A stretch of 64,000 nt of DNA from Candidatus Cryptobacteroides sp. Lineage in GTDB: Bacteria > Bacteroidota > Bacteroidia > Bacteroidales > UBA932. The stretch lies in assembly GCA_045655825.1 (NCBI GenBank), contig JAZOPY010000142.1:9922-73921 (forward strand), given 5' to 3'. Numbering within the stretch: position 1 is the first letter of the stretch; each line of letters opens with the position of its first letter. Both the position numbers and the translations under genes were made by a program. Of this stretch, positions 20,598 through 29,974 are shown piece by piece. The notes under the pieces were generated by a model. The model did not search any database and was not told the DNA's origin. It worked only from the letters and a program-made list of their open reading frames with translations.

Positions 20598-22268
20598 ATG
20601 GTAAACATCTTTTGTGTCAACACCCAGACGAGCAGGACCTTTCCAGAAGGAACGACTTTGCTTGATATGCTGCCGGAATTCCTTCCCGAGATGTCTGCAA
20701 AGCATCCGATAATTGCTGCTAAAGTCAATAACGTCTGTCAGGGACTCAAATACAGGGCTTTCAACAGTCGTCAGGTTGAGTTTATTGACTACACATCGTA
20801 TGTCGGAAGAAGCGTATATTGCAGTTCTTTGTGCTTTCTTCTGTGCAAGGCTGCACTCGATGTATTTCCTGATTGTAAGATTGTCTTGAGACGTCCAATC
20901 TCCAAAGGTTATTTCTGTGCGATTGACAAAAATGACGGAACAGCCCTTGTGCAGGCCGATGTGGAGAAGATCAATGCACGCATGGAGGAGATTGTACGTC
21001 AGGATATGCCGTTCCGCCGTCATGAGGTCAGAACAGAGGAAGCAATCGAGATGTTTGCCGCCAAAGGCTATCACGACAAGGTGCGTCTGCTGCAGACTGC
21101 AGGTGATGTGTATGTCAATTATTACACATTGGATGGAACTCCGGACTATTATTATGAAGCACTTCTCCCAAGCACAGGATATCTGAAGCTTTGGGGATTG
21201 ACCCAGTATCGTGACGGTCTGCTGCTGCGCGTTCCGGACAGGCATAAGCCAGAGGATCTTGCGCCTTTTACTGAGCAGAGCAAGACATTTGAGGTATTCA
21301 GTGAAAACCTCAAGTGGAACAAGATCATGAAGCTTGACAATGTAGGTGATGTAAACATGGCATGTCAGCGAGGCGAAGCCGGAGATCTGATTAAGATTGC
21401 CGAGGCGCTTCAGGAAAAGAAGATCGTTCAGATCGCTGAAGAGATCGAGCGCAGAGTATCTCTCGAAGATCCTGTGAAGATCGTTCTCATAACAGGCCCG
21501 TCAAGCAGTGGAAAGTCTACATTCTGCAAGCGTCTGAGCATTCAGCTGAAGGCCTGCGGACTTCATCCGATATCGTTTTCAACCGATGACTATTTTGTTA
21601 ATCGCCTTGATACTCCGAGACTTCCGGATGGTTCGTTTGATTTCGACAACTTTGATACAGTTGACCATGCATACCTTCAGAGCGACGTGCTGAAGCTCCT
21701 GGCAGGGGAGACTGTAGAGGTGCCGGAGTTCAATTTCGTGACAGGTCTGCGTGAATTCAACGGCAAGAGACTCAAGCTGGAGCCGGGAATGGTTCTTCTT
21801 ATTGAAGGAATCCATGCCCTGAATCCTCGTCTCACCGATCAGGTTCCGGAGGCGTCGAAATACCGCATTTTCATCAATACAATCACAAGTATTTCCCTTG
21901 ATGACCACAACTGCATCCCTACCAGCGACAATCGTCTGATCCGCCGTATTGTCCGTGACTTCACCAAGGGAGCCTTTTCAGCCCGTGATTCGATCATGAA
22001 CTGGCCGAATGTACGCCGCAGTGAGGTCAAATGGATATATCCATATCAGGAATGTGCAGATGTACTCTTCAATTCTACCTATATTGTAGAGTTCCCTGTG
22101 ATCAGAGCTCATGCCGAGAGAATCCTCATGACAGTTCCGAAAAACTGTCCGGAGTATTCGGAAGTGCATCGTCTGATGAAGTTCCTCAGCTATTTCACAC
22201 CTGTTTCAGATAAGGATGTTCCAGCAACCTCGCTGCTGAGAAGCTTTATCGGAGGCAGCAGTTTGTAA
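20598..22268 (+). CDS. Nucleoside (uridine) kinase with N-terminal ThrRS-like domain
   Basis: AAKVNN TGS-like, GPSSSGKST, DDYF, EGIHALNP, DNRLIRRIVRD. Confidence 0.9.
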   Translation: MVNIFCVNTQTSRTFPEGTTLLDMLPEFLPEMSAKHPIIAAKVNNVCQGLKYRAFNSRQVEFIDYTSYVGRSVYCSSLCFLLCKAALDVFPDCKIVLRRPISKGYFCAIDKNDGTALVQADVEKINARMEEIVRQDMPFRRHEVRTEEAIEMFAAKGYHDKVRLLQTAGDVYVNYYTLDGTPDYYYEALLPSTGYLKLWGLTQYRDGLLLRVPDRHKPEDLAPFTEQSKTFEVFSENLKWNKIMKLDNVGDVNMACQRGEAGDLIKIAEALQEKKIVQIAEEIERRVSLEDPVKIVLITGPSSSGKSTFCKRLSIQLKACGLHPISFSTDDYFVNRLDTPRLPDGSFDFDNFDTVDHAYLQSDVLKLLAGETVEVPEFNFVTGLREFNGKRLKLEPGMVLLIEGIHALNPRLTDQVPEASKYRIFINTITSISLDDHNCIPTSDNRLIRRIVRDFTKGAFSARDSIMNWPNVRRSEVKWIYPYQECADVLFNSTYIVEFPVIRAHAERILMTVPKNCPEYSEVHRLMKFLSYFTPVSDKDVPATSLLRSFIGGSSL

Positions 22269-22362
22269 GAAACGAATTAAATTGTGATTTTATAGAAATA
22301 TATTTTTATATTTGCTTATCAATTCAAGTGTATTGAAACTAACCTTTTAAATTATATTACTT

Positions 22363-22827
22363 ATGGACCTTAACGCATTACTTCCAGACTTCAACGCAAT
22401 TGGTAAAACTGACTGGTCTAAGCCAGAAGTTAAGTTTGACACTAAAGATGTACCTGGACTTGCTGCTATCGGAGGCGCAGCACTGATGCTTATCTTTGTT
22501 TTCCTTCCTTGGTGCAAGGCTACATGGTTAGGACAGACCGGTGATGTTTATCTTGGTATCACTACATGGTATGGTATCCTTGGTTTCATCATGGCGCTTG
22601 TTGCAGTTGCCGGATCGCTTTACAAACAGTATTCCTTCACTTTCTGGGCAGCTGTCCTTGGAGTTCTTTTCGGTATCATCGGAATGATTGTAGTTCCGGA
22701 TACTTCCGCAGAAGAACTTGAGATGGCTAAAATGTTAGGTGTTAAAGTATCTCATGTCGGAGCGATTCTTTATTTTGTTGCTTCTCTTGTTGCAGGTGCT
22801 GGTGCATTCCTTAAAGCTACAAAATAG
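22363..22827 (+). CDS. Hypothetical 4-TM membrane protein
   Basis: Four hydrophobic segments, own promoter and terminator; paralogous to 24255-25022. Confidence 0.8.
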   Translation: MDLNALLPDFNAIGKTDWSKPEVKFDTKDVPGLAAIGGAALMLIFVFLPWCKATWLGQTGDVYLGITTWYGILGFIMALVAVAGSLYKQYSFTFWAAVLGVLFGIIGMIVVPDTSAEELEMAKMLGVKVSHVGAILYFVASLVAGAGAFLKATK

Positions 22828-22850
22828 CATTCATCAGATATCAAATAATC

Positions 22851-22878
22851 GAGGCTGGCATATTTGCCGGCCTTTTTT
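22851..22878 (+). terminator. Intrinsic terminator
   Basis: AGGCTGGCA-tatt-TGCCGGCCT followed by a T run. Confidence 0.75.
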
Positions 22879-22935
22879 ATGTTGTTTTATCTGAAATTGA
22901 GTATATTTGTGAAAAACGTTAACGTGATTATCTTT

Positions 22936-23586
22936 ATGCGTAGATTCATTATTTCTTTCGCTGTCCTCTTGTGTGGCGCACTTACTGTATGTGCCCAGGA
23001 TTGGGCAAATTTCGGCAGATATGAGTCAGCGAATGCTGAAGTGACTGCCAGGCCTGTGGCTGTGTTCATGGGTGATTCGATTACAGACGGTTGGGCTAGT
23101 GCAGACCCTGATTTCTTCGCAGAGAACAATTTTGTAGGCAGAGGTATCTCAGGACAGACAACCTCACATATGCTCGTGAGATTCAGAAGAGATGTAGTTG
23201 ACCATGCTCCTAAGTATGTGCTCATTCTTGCCGGTACTAATGACATTGCCAAGAATAATGGTGACATAACCCTTGAAAATACTCTCGGTAACATTATCTC
23301 GATGTGCGAAATCGCCAAGGCAAATAAGATCATACCGATAATTTGCTCTATTCTGCCGGCAGATCACTTTTACTGGCGTCCTGGTGTTAAACCTGCTGAG
23401 GATATTGTCAGACTCAATGAGATGCTCAAAGAATATGCTGATAGTAAGAAGATTCAATATATTGATTACTATTCAGTATTGGCTGACGAGACAGGAGCCC
23501 TACCAAAACAGCATGCAGAAGATGGAGTACATCCTAATCTAAGCTGCTATAAGATAATGGAGCAGATTGTTCTTGAATCATTGTAG
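22936..23586 (+). CDS. SGNH/GDSL hydrolase (secreted esterase)
   Basis: Signal peptide; GDSIT, RGISGQT, GTND, DGVHP. Confidence 0.92.
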   Translation: MRRFIISFAVLLCGALTVCAQDWANFGRYESANAEVTARPVAVFMGDSITDGWASADPDFFAENNFVGRGISGQTTSHMLVRFRRDVVDHAPKYVLILAGTNDIAKNNGDITLENTLGNIISMCEIAKANKIIPIICSILPADHFYWRPGVKPAEDIVRLNEMLKEYADSKKIQYIDYYSVLADETGALPKQHAEDGVHPNLSCYKIMEQIVLESL

Positions 23587-23587
23587 A

Positions 23588-24247
23588 ATGAAACAGAGAC
23601 TGCAGGAGTTTTGGCGTGGCAATCGCGTGATGCTTTATAGCTTCATGCTTGTATGGTTGTGTCTTTTTGTCTTTGACTGTATTTATCCAAAGATCCAGAC
23701 ACACATGATGTTGAATGGTTTCCATACACCTGTGCTGGATACTATCTTCAGATATGTGACATGGTTGGGGGAGGAATTTCCTGTGTATGTCGGTGTTGCG
23801 TTCCTCGTATGGAATTGGAATTCAGTCTGGAACAGACGTAACGGTCTTTTCATACTCCTCTCGCAAGGTCTGACATGTATAATAACTCAGTTACTTAAGT
23901 TTACTTTCGCGCACCCAAGACCGGCAACTTATTTTAAGGAAATGGGAGTTGATCTTCCTGATGTTGTTGAAGGTGTACACCTTCGAACGGCAATGAACTC
24001 CTTTCCTTCCGGCCATACTTCTGCCGCTTTTGCATTGTTTATATGCATGGCATTGATTACTCCGCGAAAGTGGGCCCCGTTATGGATAGCAGCAGCATGG
24101 GCTGTGGCGTATTCGCGCATTTATCTTTCCCAGCACTTTCTGGAAGATATCCTGCTTGGGTCAGTCATAGGAGTTGTATCTTCGTGTGCTTTATATATAC
24201 TGATGAATAGTAAATTCAATAAAACTAATTATAAACCAACAAACTAA
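23588..24247 (+). CDS. PAP2-family membrane phosphatase
   Basis: K..FAHPRP, SFPSGH, SRIYLSQHFLED. Confidence 0.92.
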   Translation: MKQRLQEFWRGNRVMLYSFMLVWLCLFVFDCIYPKIQTHMMLNGFHTPVLDTIFRYVTWLGEEFPVYVGVAFLVWNWNSVWNRRNGLFILLSQGLTCIITQLLKFTFAHPRPATYFKEMGVDLPDVVEGVHLRTAMNSFPSGHTSAAFALFICMALITPRKWAPLWIAAAWAVAYSRIYLSQHFLEDILLGSVIGVVSSCALYILMNSKFNKTNYKPTN

Positions 24248-24254
24248 TTTAGTT

Positions 24255-25022
24255 ATGGAAACAAAATTTATCCCTAATTCAGATTCGTTGAAGAAAACAG
24301 ATTGGAAGAATCCATCATTTGAAAAGAACAATAAGAAGAGTATCTTGCTGTTGCTGCTTTGTGTGGGAATGCTCGCAGTTGTATTCATCCCATGGTTCTG
24401 CCTTGGCGTTGATGTGGAGAGCGTCGGTTCTGTAAAGTTGCGTGCCTTCGGATTCCAGACATGGTATGGACTTGTAGCTGGTGTAGTAGCTTTGGTCGCT
24501 GCAGTAGGTGTGCTTTATAAGCATTATTCGTTGACTCTTTGTTCTTCTGTTCTGGCGCTTCTTATCAGCTTCTTCGCTTTGTCAGATTATCCATCTTCAC
24601 GCTTGTCTGTAAATGTAGCTGACAAGTTTGAGGCTCAGCTTCGCGAGGAAAGCCGTCATAACCGAGAGTATTACGATGATTATTACGATGATTATGACTA
24701 TTACTCAAGCGATGAAGAAAATATCCTTCAGGCCATAAATATGTATGATGATGTAGCTGACATAAAGGTTCCTGGACAGATTGTTGAGATGGTGTCTATT
24801 GTTGTTGATCTTGTAGACCAGAAATTTGTTTACGATATTCTCGATGTCTCGGGTGCGGATAGAGAACTCCAGAAAGAGGTTGGCGATGTCAATATTCTGA
24901 ATCATCGTCTTGGAGCAATCCTTTATCTTGCTTTTGCTGCTCTTGCTGCAATCTTCTCATATATTGCTATTGCAGGATGCTGCTGCGGAAAGAAAGAGTG
25001 TGAGCCTCAGCCAGCAGAATAA
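24255..25022 (+). CDS. Hypothetical membrane protein, paralog of 22363-22827 with an acidic insertion
   Basis: Shared KTDW, VFxPW, TWYG, LYKxYS and GAILY motifs. Confidence 0.8.
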   Translation: METKFIPNSDSLKKTDWKNPSFEKNNKKSILLLLLCVGMLAVVFIPWFCLGVDVESVGSVKLRAFGFQTWYGLVAGVVALVAAVGVLYKHYSLTLCSSVLALLISFFALSDYPSSRLSVNVADKFEAQLREESRHNREYYDDYYDDYDYYSSDEENILQAINMYDDVADIKVPGQIVEMVSIVVDLVDQKFVYDILDVSGADRELQKEVGDVNILNHRLGAILYLAFAALAAIFSYIAIAGCCCGKKECEPQPAE

Positions 25023-25040
25023 TGATTCGGACATAATGAA

Positions 25041-25070
25041 AAGAGGTTGGCCTATGCAGGTCAACCTCTT
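25041..25070. terminator. Bidirectional terminator between the membrane gene and rnpB
   Basis: AAGAGGTTGGCCT-atgc-AGGTCAACCTCTT. Confidence 0.75.
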
Positions 25071-25075
25071 GTTGT

Positions 25076-25402
25076 TATAGGCAGAACCGTAAGCCGGTTT
25101 CTGTTTTAATCTGTCATTTATCTTCTCGATCTACCCCCCGGAAAAGAGCGGGCAGCCCTTTTGCTCAAAGAGCATTCCGGTATACATGATCTTTCTGGTC
25201 CTGGTGCCGTCACCGCTGTATGTCGCCATACGACGTCGTGAGCTCTTACCTCGCGGTTTCACCCTTACCCTTGCAGGCGGTTTGTTTTCTGTTACGGCAT
25301 GCATAAAATTACTCCCATCTGTGCTTTCCACAGCAGGTCGCCCTTTCCAGTCCGGACTTTCCTCTGAGTCGTCGACTCAGCGACAGAAGCGTTCTACCTA
25401 TA
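25076..25402 (-). ncRNA. rnpB: RNase P RNA (type A)
   Basis: Minus strand has GAGGAAAGTCCGG near the 5' end and ACAGAAACCGGCTTAC near the 3' end; termini pair as helix P1. Confidence 0.95.
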
Positions 25403-25412
25403 TGTCAATGAA

Positions 25413-26672
25413 CTATTTCTTGTAGCCGAGCTTGCGCTCCATCTTGTCATTCTGCGCATTTATCTTTGCGACAGCCTTCTTAAGTCCCGGTGTTATGTCT
25501 TCGCAATGTTTGTGGCACTGCATTGACTTAGAGTACATTCGGCCGATGCAGAAATTACTGTGTTCACAGCCGCTGCAGTGTTTCTCATCTGCCTTCATCT
25601 TGTTCACGAAGTCCGTGTCCTCAAGTACAGCTCGTCCCATCTGAACCATCGGGAAGCCTTTGTCTATAGCTTCATCGGCGGTTTCGCGTGATATCACTCC
25701 TCCGACATACACAAACGGAAAATCAGGCATTGCCGCGCGGAACTTCAACGCGTCTTCCATGAAGAACAGCGGCTTGAATGGAACTGTCGGCGCAACCAGC
25801 TTTCCTGCCAGTCCTACTCCCAGCTTCAGCCACCATTGCCTCCATGGGAAGTAGTGTACTATAGGCTTCACCGGGAATTGTCCGCGCATCACGTATTGTG
25901 GATGACGACTTACAAACCCTCCTGAGAGTACTATGGCCTCGACTCCAAGGTCGCGCAGTTCCTTTGCGACTTCAATAAGTTCGTCAGTTTCCTGACCTCC
26001 CTTGAATCCGTCTCGGGTATTAAGTTTTGCAAAGATAGCAACTTTTCCTTTACCTGCATCAACAGCCTTGCTTACACACATCTTCATGAAGCGCATTCTG
26101 TTCTCCAGACTGCCTCCGAACTCGTCTTTTCTGTGGTTTGTATAAGGTGAAAGGAACTGTGATATCAGGTAGCCATGGCCTGCGTGAATCTCAATTGCGT
26201 CAAACCCAGCTTCGATAGCTAGCTCGACAGCGTGACCGTATGCATCAGCTACTTCGTTGATCTGCTTGAGGTTCATCTTCTGGACAAACGTAGGGGAGTA
26301 CAGGTTGAATCCTCTGCTGGCTCCATATGGAATGCATCCGCAGATGCGTCTGTGAGACATGTTTCCGCAGTGACCTAGCTGGATGCTGACTTTTGCGCCT
26401 TCTTCATGTATGGCGTCAGTCAACTGCTTTAATTCCGGAACAATTTCTTCGCGCATCCAGAGCTGGTTCTCGAATGATAGTCCGCTGCGGCATACTGCAG
26501 CGTATGCTACGGTCGTCATTCCGATTCCGCCACGAGCGACAGCTGTGTGGTAGTCGAACAGCTCTTTTGAAGGACGCTGGCCCGGGCACATCGCCTCGAA
26601 TGCAGCAGATCTGATTGTCCTGTTCTTCAATTCTAGAGGACCGATCTTGTATGGAGTAAATAAATCGCTCAT
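25413..26672 (-). CDS. NADH:flavin oxidoreductase (Old Yellow Enzyme family), putative steroid 5-beta-reductase type
   Basis: NRTIRSAAFE, QLGHCG, IEIHAGHGYLISQFLSPYTN, C-terminal CEHSNFC. Confidence 0.88.
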   Translation of the reverse strand: MSDLFTPYKIGPLELKNRTIRSAAFEAMCPGQRPSKELFDYHTAVARGGIGMTTVAYAAVCRSGLSFENQLWMREEIVPELKQLTDAIHEEGAKVSIQLGHCGNMSHRRICGCIPYGASRGFNLYSPTFVQKMNLKQINEVADAYGHAVELAIEAGFDAIEIHAGHGYLISQFLSPYTNHRKDEFGGSLENRMRFMKMCVSKAVDAGKGKVAIFAKLNTRDGFKGGQETDELIEVAKELRDLGVEAIVLSGGFVSRHPQYVMRGQFPVKPIVHYFPWRQWWLKLGVGLAGKLVAPTVPFKPLFFMEDALKFRAAMPDFPFVYVGGVISRETADEAIDKGFPMVQMGRAVLEDTDFVNKMKADEKHCSGCEHSNFCIGRMYSKSMQCHKHCEDITPGLKKAVAKINAQNDKMERKLGYKK

Positions 26673-27457
26673 TACCAGATATATGGAATTATATGCTTTT
26701 TATTCAGTTTCTTATACTCGTCGCCAAATTCGGCTTCGTATTTTTCTGTCAGGGATTTTGCTCTTGGACCAAGGTTGGCGAAAGTCCAGATAGCGAAGAG
26801 TGCACCGGCAGGTGACCATGTAAGGATTGCATAGCCGATCCATTCCGTCAGCTCTCCGAAGTAGTTGGCCGATGTTACATATTTATAGAAGCCCTTGCGC
26901 GGAATGTAATGCTTTGTGTCGCCGGGCTGGCGCAGGTTTCTTATCACGTGGTCTGAGTGCAGATTGATTGCCATACCGGCAATGAAGATGATTGTTCCTA
27001 TGATGAATTGCGGACTCCAGAGCCATTCTGCCGTGTACATGCCGCCGTTGAGTCCAGGTGCATAAAGCCATTCGCCGATGATGTATGCGTTGAATGTGTT
27101 GAATGTCATTCCCATCAGCATTACGGCTATCGGCATCTTGCTTTTCCCTCTCATCATCAGAGGAAAGATGAATGACCTTTGGAAGTAGTGCAGGAGAAAG
27201 AGGCCGCCGAGGATGTAAAGTACGTGGTCGGCACATCCGTTTGTCGCACCGCCGTCGGCAGCGAACCTAAGGGTATAGTACAGCATGAAACCGAATGAGG
27301 GAGCCTCCATCAGCACCCAGGCGGTCTTGTTGCTGATCTTCGGCCCCCAGTTGGACGATGACAGGTAGCCATATCCAGCCTTGAAGAAAAATAAGGCAAT
27401 GAACACGATGACGGCCATTACAGCCATGCACAGCATTATTGTATAGTATGTACTCAT
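26672..27457 (-). CDS. 3-oxo-5-alpha-steroid 4-dehydrogenase (steroid 5-alpha-reductase)
   Basis: AWVLMEAP, HYFQRSFIFP, INLHSD..IRNLR, ANYFGELTEW, NLGPRA; multi-TM. Confidence 0.9.
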   Translation of the reverse strand: MSTYYTIMLCMAVMAVIVFIALFFFKAGYGYLSSSNWGPKISNKTAWVLMEAPSFGFMLYYTLRFAADGGATNGCADHVLYILGGLFLLHYFQRSFIFPLMMRGKSKMPIAVMLMGMTFNTFNAYIIGEWLYAPGLNGGMYTAEWLWSPQFIIGTIIFIAGMAINLHSDHVIRNLRQPGDTKHYIPRKGFYKYVTSANYFGELTEWIGYAILTWSPAGALFAIWTFANLGPRAKSLTEKYEAEFGDEYKKLNKKHIIPYIW

Positions 27458-27480
27458 TACTTACCCTTGGTCTATCCAAA

Positions 27481-27527
27481 CAAAGATAGGTATATTTTTT
27501 TCAAATAGTTTTTTTTAGCTACTTTTG
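27481..27527. promoter_or_regulatory. Divergent -7 promoters (5AR operon and glutaminyl cyclase)
   Basis: TATCTTTG on minus (27481-27488); TACTTTTG on plus (27520-27527). Confidence 0.65.
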
Positions 27528-27554
27528 TGCCTGATATAGATAAGTAAAGCGACA

Positions 27555-28358
27555 ATGAGACGAATTTTGCCATATATTTTAGGTGCCCTTTTGCTCTTTT
27601 CCTGCGGTAATTCCAACGCAGGAAAGTCGGCTCCTGCGGCCAGGACATCCAAGCCGGAAAAGATCAGAGAGTATAGACTGGAGGTTGTGGCCGAATATCC
27701 ACATGATGTCACATCATACACGCAAGGCCTTTTCTTTCATGAAGGCGAATTGTACGAGTCTACCGGTCAGTATGGCAGTTCAACATTAAGGAGAGTTGAT
27801 CTTCAGTCAGGCAAGGCGCTTGGCAGACAGGATTTTGATTCTGATTATTTCCTTGAAGGATCTGTAGTGTTTGGTGATAATATCTATATCCTGACTTGGC
27901 AGGAACATGTGGTCTTCGTCTATGACGCCAAGACTCTTGAATATAAATCGTCAAAGAACTATCCTAGGGAGGGATGGGGCATTACCACTGACGGCAAGCA
28001 GCTTATCGCCTCGGACGGAACATCGTTCCTTTACTTCATGGACGAGGGCCTTAATGTAAAGAAAAAGCTTCAGGTAAAGGCGGGATCCCGTGCGGTTCCG
28101 TGGCTTAATGAGCTGGAATATATATCCGGCAGAATCTGGGCCAATGTATATACTTCAGATGAAATAGCCATAATCAACCCTTCCAGCGGTTATGTTGAAG
28201 GTGTGATTGATTGCCGCGGTCTGCTTCCTAAGGAACTGCATACTTACGATACAGATGTGCTGAACGGTATAGCCTACAATCCTCAGACAGGAAAGCTTTA
28301 TCTTACCGGAAAGAACTGGCCTAAGCTTTACGAAGTGAAGGTTGTTGAGAAGAAATAA
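27555..28358 (+). CDS. Glutaminyl-peptide cyclotransferase (plant/type I beta-propeller), lipoprotein
   Basis: Lipobox FSC; PHD..YTQGL, ESTGQYG, EGWG, LNELE, VLNGIA, TGKNWP. Confidence 0.93.
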   Translation: MRRILPYILGALLLFSCGNSNAGKSAPAARTSKPEKIREYRLEVVAEYPHDVTSYTQGLFFHEGELYESTGQYGSSTLRRVDLQSGKALGRQDFDSDYFLEGSVVFGDNIYILTWQEHVVFVYDAKTLEYKSSKNYPREGWGITTDGKQLIASDGTSFLYFMDEGLNVKKKLQVKAGSRAVPWLNELEYISGRIWANVYTSDEIAIINPSSGYVEGVIDCRGLLPKELHTYDTDVLNGIAYNPQTGKLYLTGKNWPKLYEVKVVEKK

Positions 28359-28372
28359 CAGAAAAGGCATGT

Positions 28373-28948
28373 TTACGAGAACATGCCTTTTTTGTTTAGA
28401 TCCACTTTGTGGAACTTGTATCCAAGTCGTTTGAGCTCAAGGGCTGCGCCGGTCTTGAACATCACGCGGACTGTGCGGGCGAAGATATGGAAAGCCTTGA
28501 CGGTCTGGTGTTCGATCTGCTCATGCTGGATGAATGTCGCAGCCTTCTGTGCGCAGCAGAGGAGGATGTTCATGATCTGCTTTGCTTCAATAGAGTCAAG
28601 GGTGAGACCTAAAATGTTCTGCACGATGTGCTCGTCCATATCGTCGAAGCCGCGTGGGCCGTGGAGCGTGTTATAAGCGTTTCCGTGGTTGCGTCCCCAG
28701 TCTGTGTCCCACCAGTTTGCTGCGGCCATTCCTGCGTAGCCTGCACATGCAATAGCGAAGTCCGGGTAGCTGTTCACCTCAGGCAGGGCCTCTGCAATAT
28801 ACTCAGGTGCCCATTCCTTCCATTTGCCGTCAATATCTTCAGAAGCAAGAAGTTCGCCGTCAAGCATGCCTAGGCTTGTGCACATTCTGAGGATTTCCCT
28901 CTGGAGGTTCTCCTCGTAAGTATCGTAGTACTGAATATTCTCTTCCAT
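28373..28948 (-). CDS. Conserved Bacteroidales hypothetical protein
   Basis: Long ORF, GPRGFDDMDEHI, TGAALELKRLGY; own promoter TATCTTTG near 28970. Confidence 0.8.
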   Translation of the reverse strand: MEENIQYYDTYEENLQREILRMCTSLGMLDGELLASEDIDGKWKEWAPEYIAEALPEVNSYPDFAIACAGYAGMAAANWWDTDWGRNHGNAYNTLHGPRGFDDMDEHIVQNILGLTLDSIEAKQIMNILLCCAQKAATFIQHEQIEHQTVKAFHIFARTVRVMFKTGAALELKRLGYKFHKVDLNKKGMFS

Positions 28949-28997
28949 AATTTCAAGGTTTACCGCTGCAAAGATAGACTTTTTAACGAATATATTT

Positions 28998-29027
28998 AAA
29001 AAAGCTCGCATCACTGCGAGCTTTTTT
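28998..29027. terminator. Intrinsic terminator (bidirectional form)
   Basis: AAAAAAGCTCGCA-tcac-TGCGAGCTTTTTT. Confidence 0.85.
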
Positions 29028-29116
29028 GGTTAGTTAGTAGTGTAGTGTATTTCCCTTTTGGGGATGATTAATTATTAGTGGTTAGAAACGTCTGATTGAC
29101 ATATTTTTATTATGTC
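28998..29116 (-). ncRNA. Candidate small RNA (about 120 nt)
   Basis: Promoter TACATTTG (29129-29122) with upstream TTG/TTTG, no sizeable ORF, ends at a strong terminator. Confidence 0.5.
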
Positions 29117-29175
29117 GAATGCAAATGTAGTAATTTTTTATTATTTGCCAACAAAAAGCATTAATTTTTTAATAA

Positions 29176-29853
29176 CTACTCTTCCAAAAGTCCTGGACGC
29201 AGAAGTCTGGTCCTTTCGATTGCTTGCTCGTCCTGCCATGCGCGGATGAGTTTCGGGTTTCCGCTCAGAAGGACATCCGGAACCTTCCAACCATTGAACT
29301 CGGCAGGTCTTGTGTATACAGGAGGGGAGACAAGACCGTCCTGGAAGCTGTCGCTCAAGGCCGATGTTTCGTCGCTTAGAGCTCCTGGGAGGAGACGTAT
29401 GATCGAGTCGGCAAGTATGGCAGCAGGGAGTTCTCCTCCGCTTAGTACATAGTCTCCGCATGAGATCTCACGTGTGATCAGGTGTTCGCGGATTCTGTGG
29501 TCAATTCCCTTGTAATGTCCGCAAAGGATGATTATGTTACCCTTGAGGGAGAGCTCGTTGGCGATGTTCTGGTTCAAGATCTCGCCGTCTGGAGACATGT
29601 AGATGACCTCGTCATATTCTCTTTCAGCCTTGAGCTCCTGGATCATGTTGAATACTGGCTCGAGCATAAGTACCATGCCTGCATCTCCGCCGTAACTGTA
29701 GTCATCCACCTGCTGGCGAGGGCCTTTGCCATATTTTCTCAAGTTGTGGATATGAATCTCTACAAGGCCTTTCTTGACTGCTCGGCCGACGATCGAATGA
29801 CTTAAAGGACTGTCCAGAAGTTCAGGGACAACTGTGAGAATGTCTATGCGCAT
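29176..29853 (-). CDS. trmD: tRNA (guanine37-N1)-methyltransferase
   Basis: [37 protein letters not shown]. Confidence 0.97.
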   Translation of the reverse strand: MRIDILTVVPELLDSPLSHSIVGRAVKKGLVEIHIHNLRKYGKGPRQQVDDYSYGGDAGMVLMLEPVFNMIQELKAEREYDEVIYMSPDGEILNQNIANELSLKGNIIILCGHYKGIDHRIREHLITREISCGDYVLSGGELPAAILADSIIRLLPGALSDETSALSDSFQDGLVSPPVYTRPAEFNGWKVPDVLLSGNPKLIRAWQDEQAIERTRLLRPGLLEE

Positions 29854-29974
29854 AATTATATATTCAAAAAGTGTTTAATGTCTGCAAAAATAGCATTTTG
29901 ATATGAGTTTTACTAAAAAATATGGTATATTTGCAGTTTGTATATAAAATAATTAAACCTATAACTCCATTATT

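Noticed and set aside
25131-25425. Short ORFs on both strands
   Set aside because: They overlap the RNase P RNA
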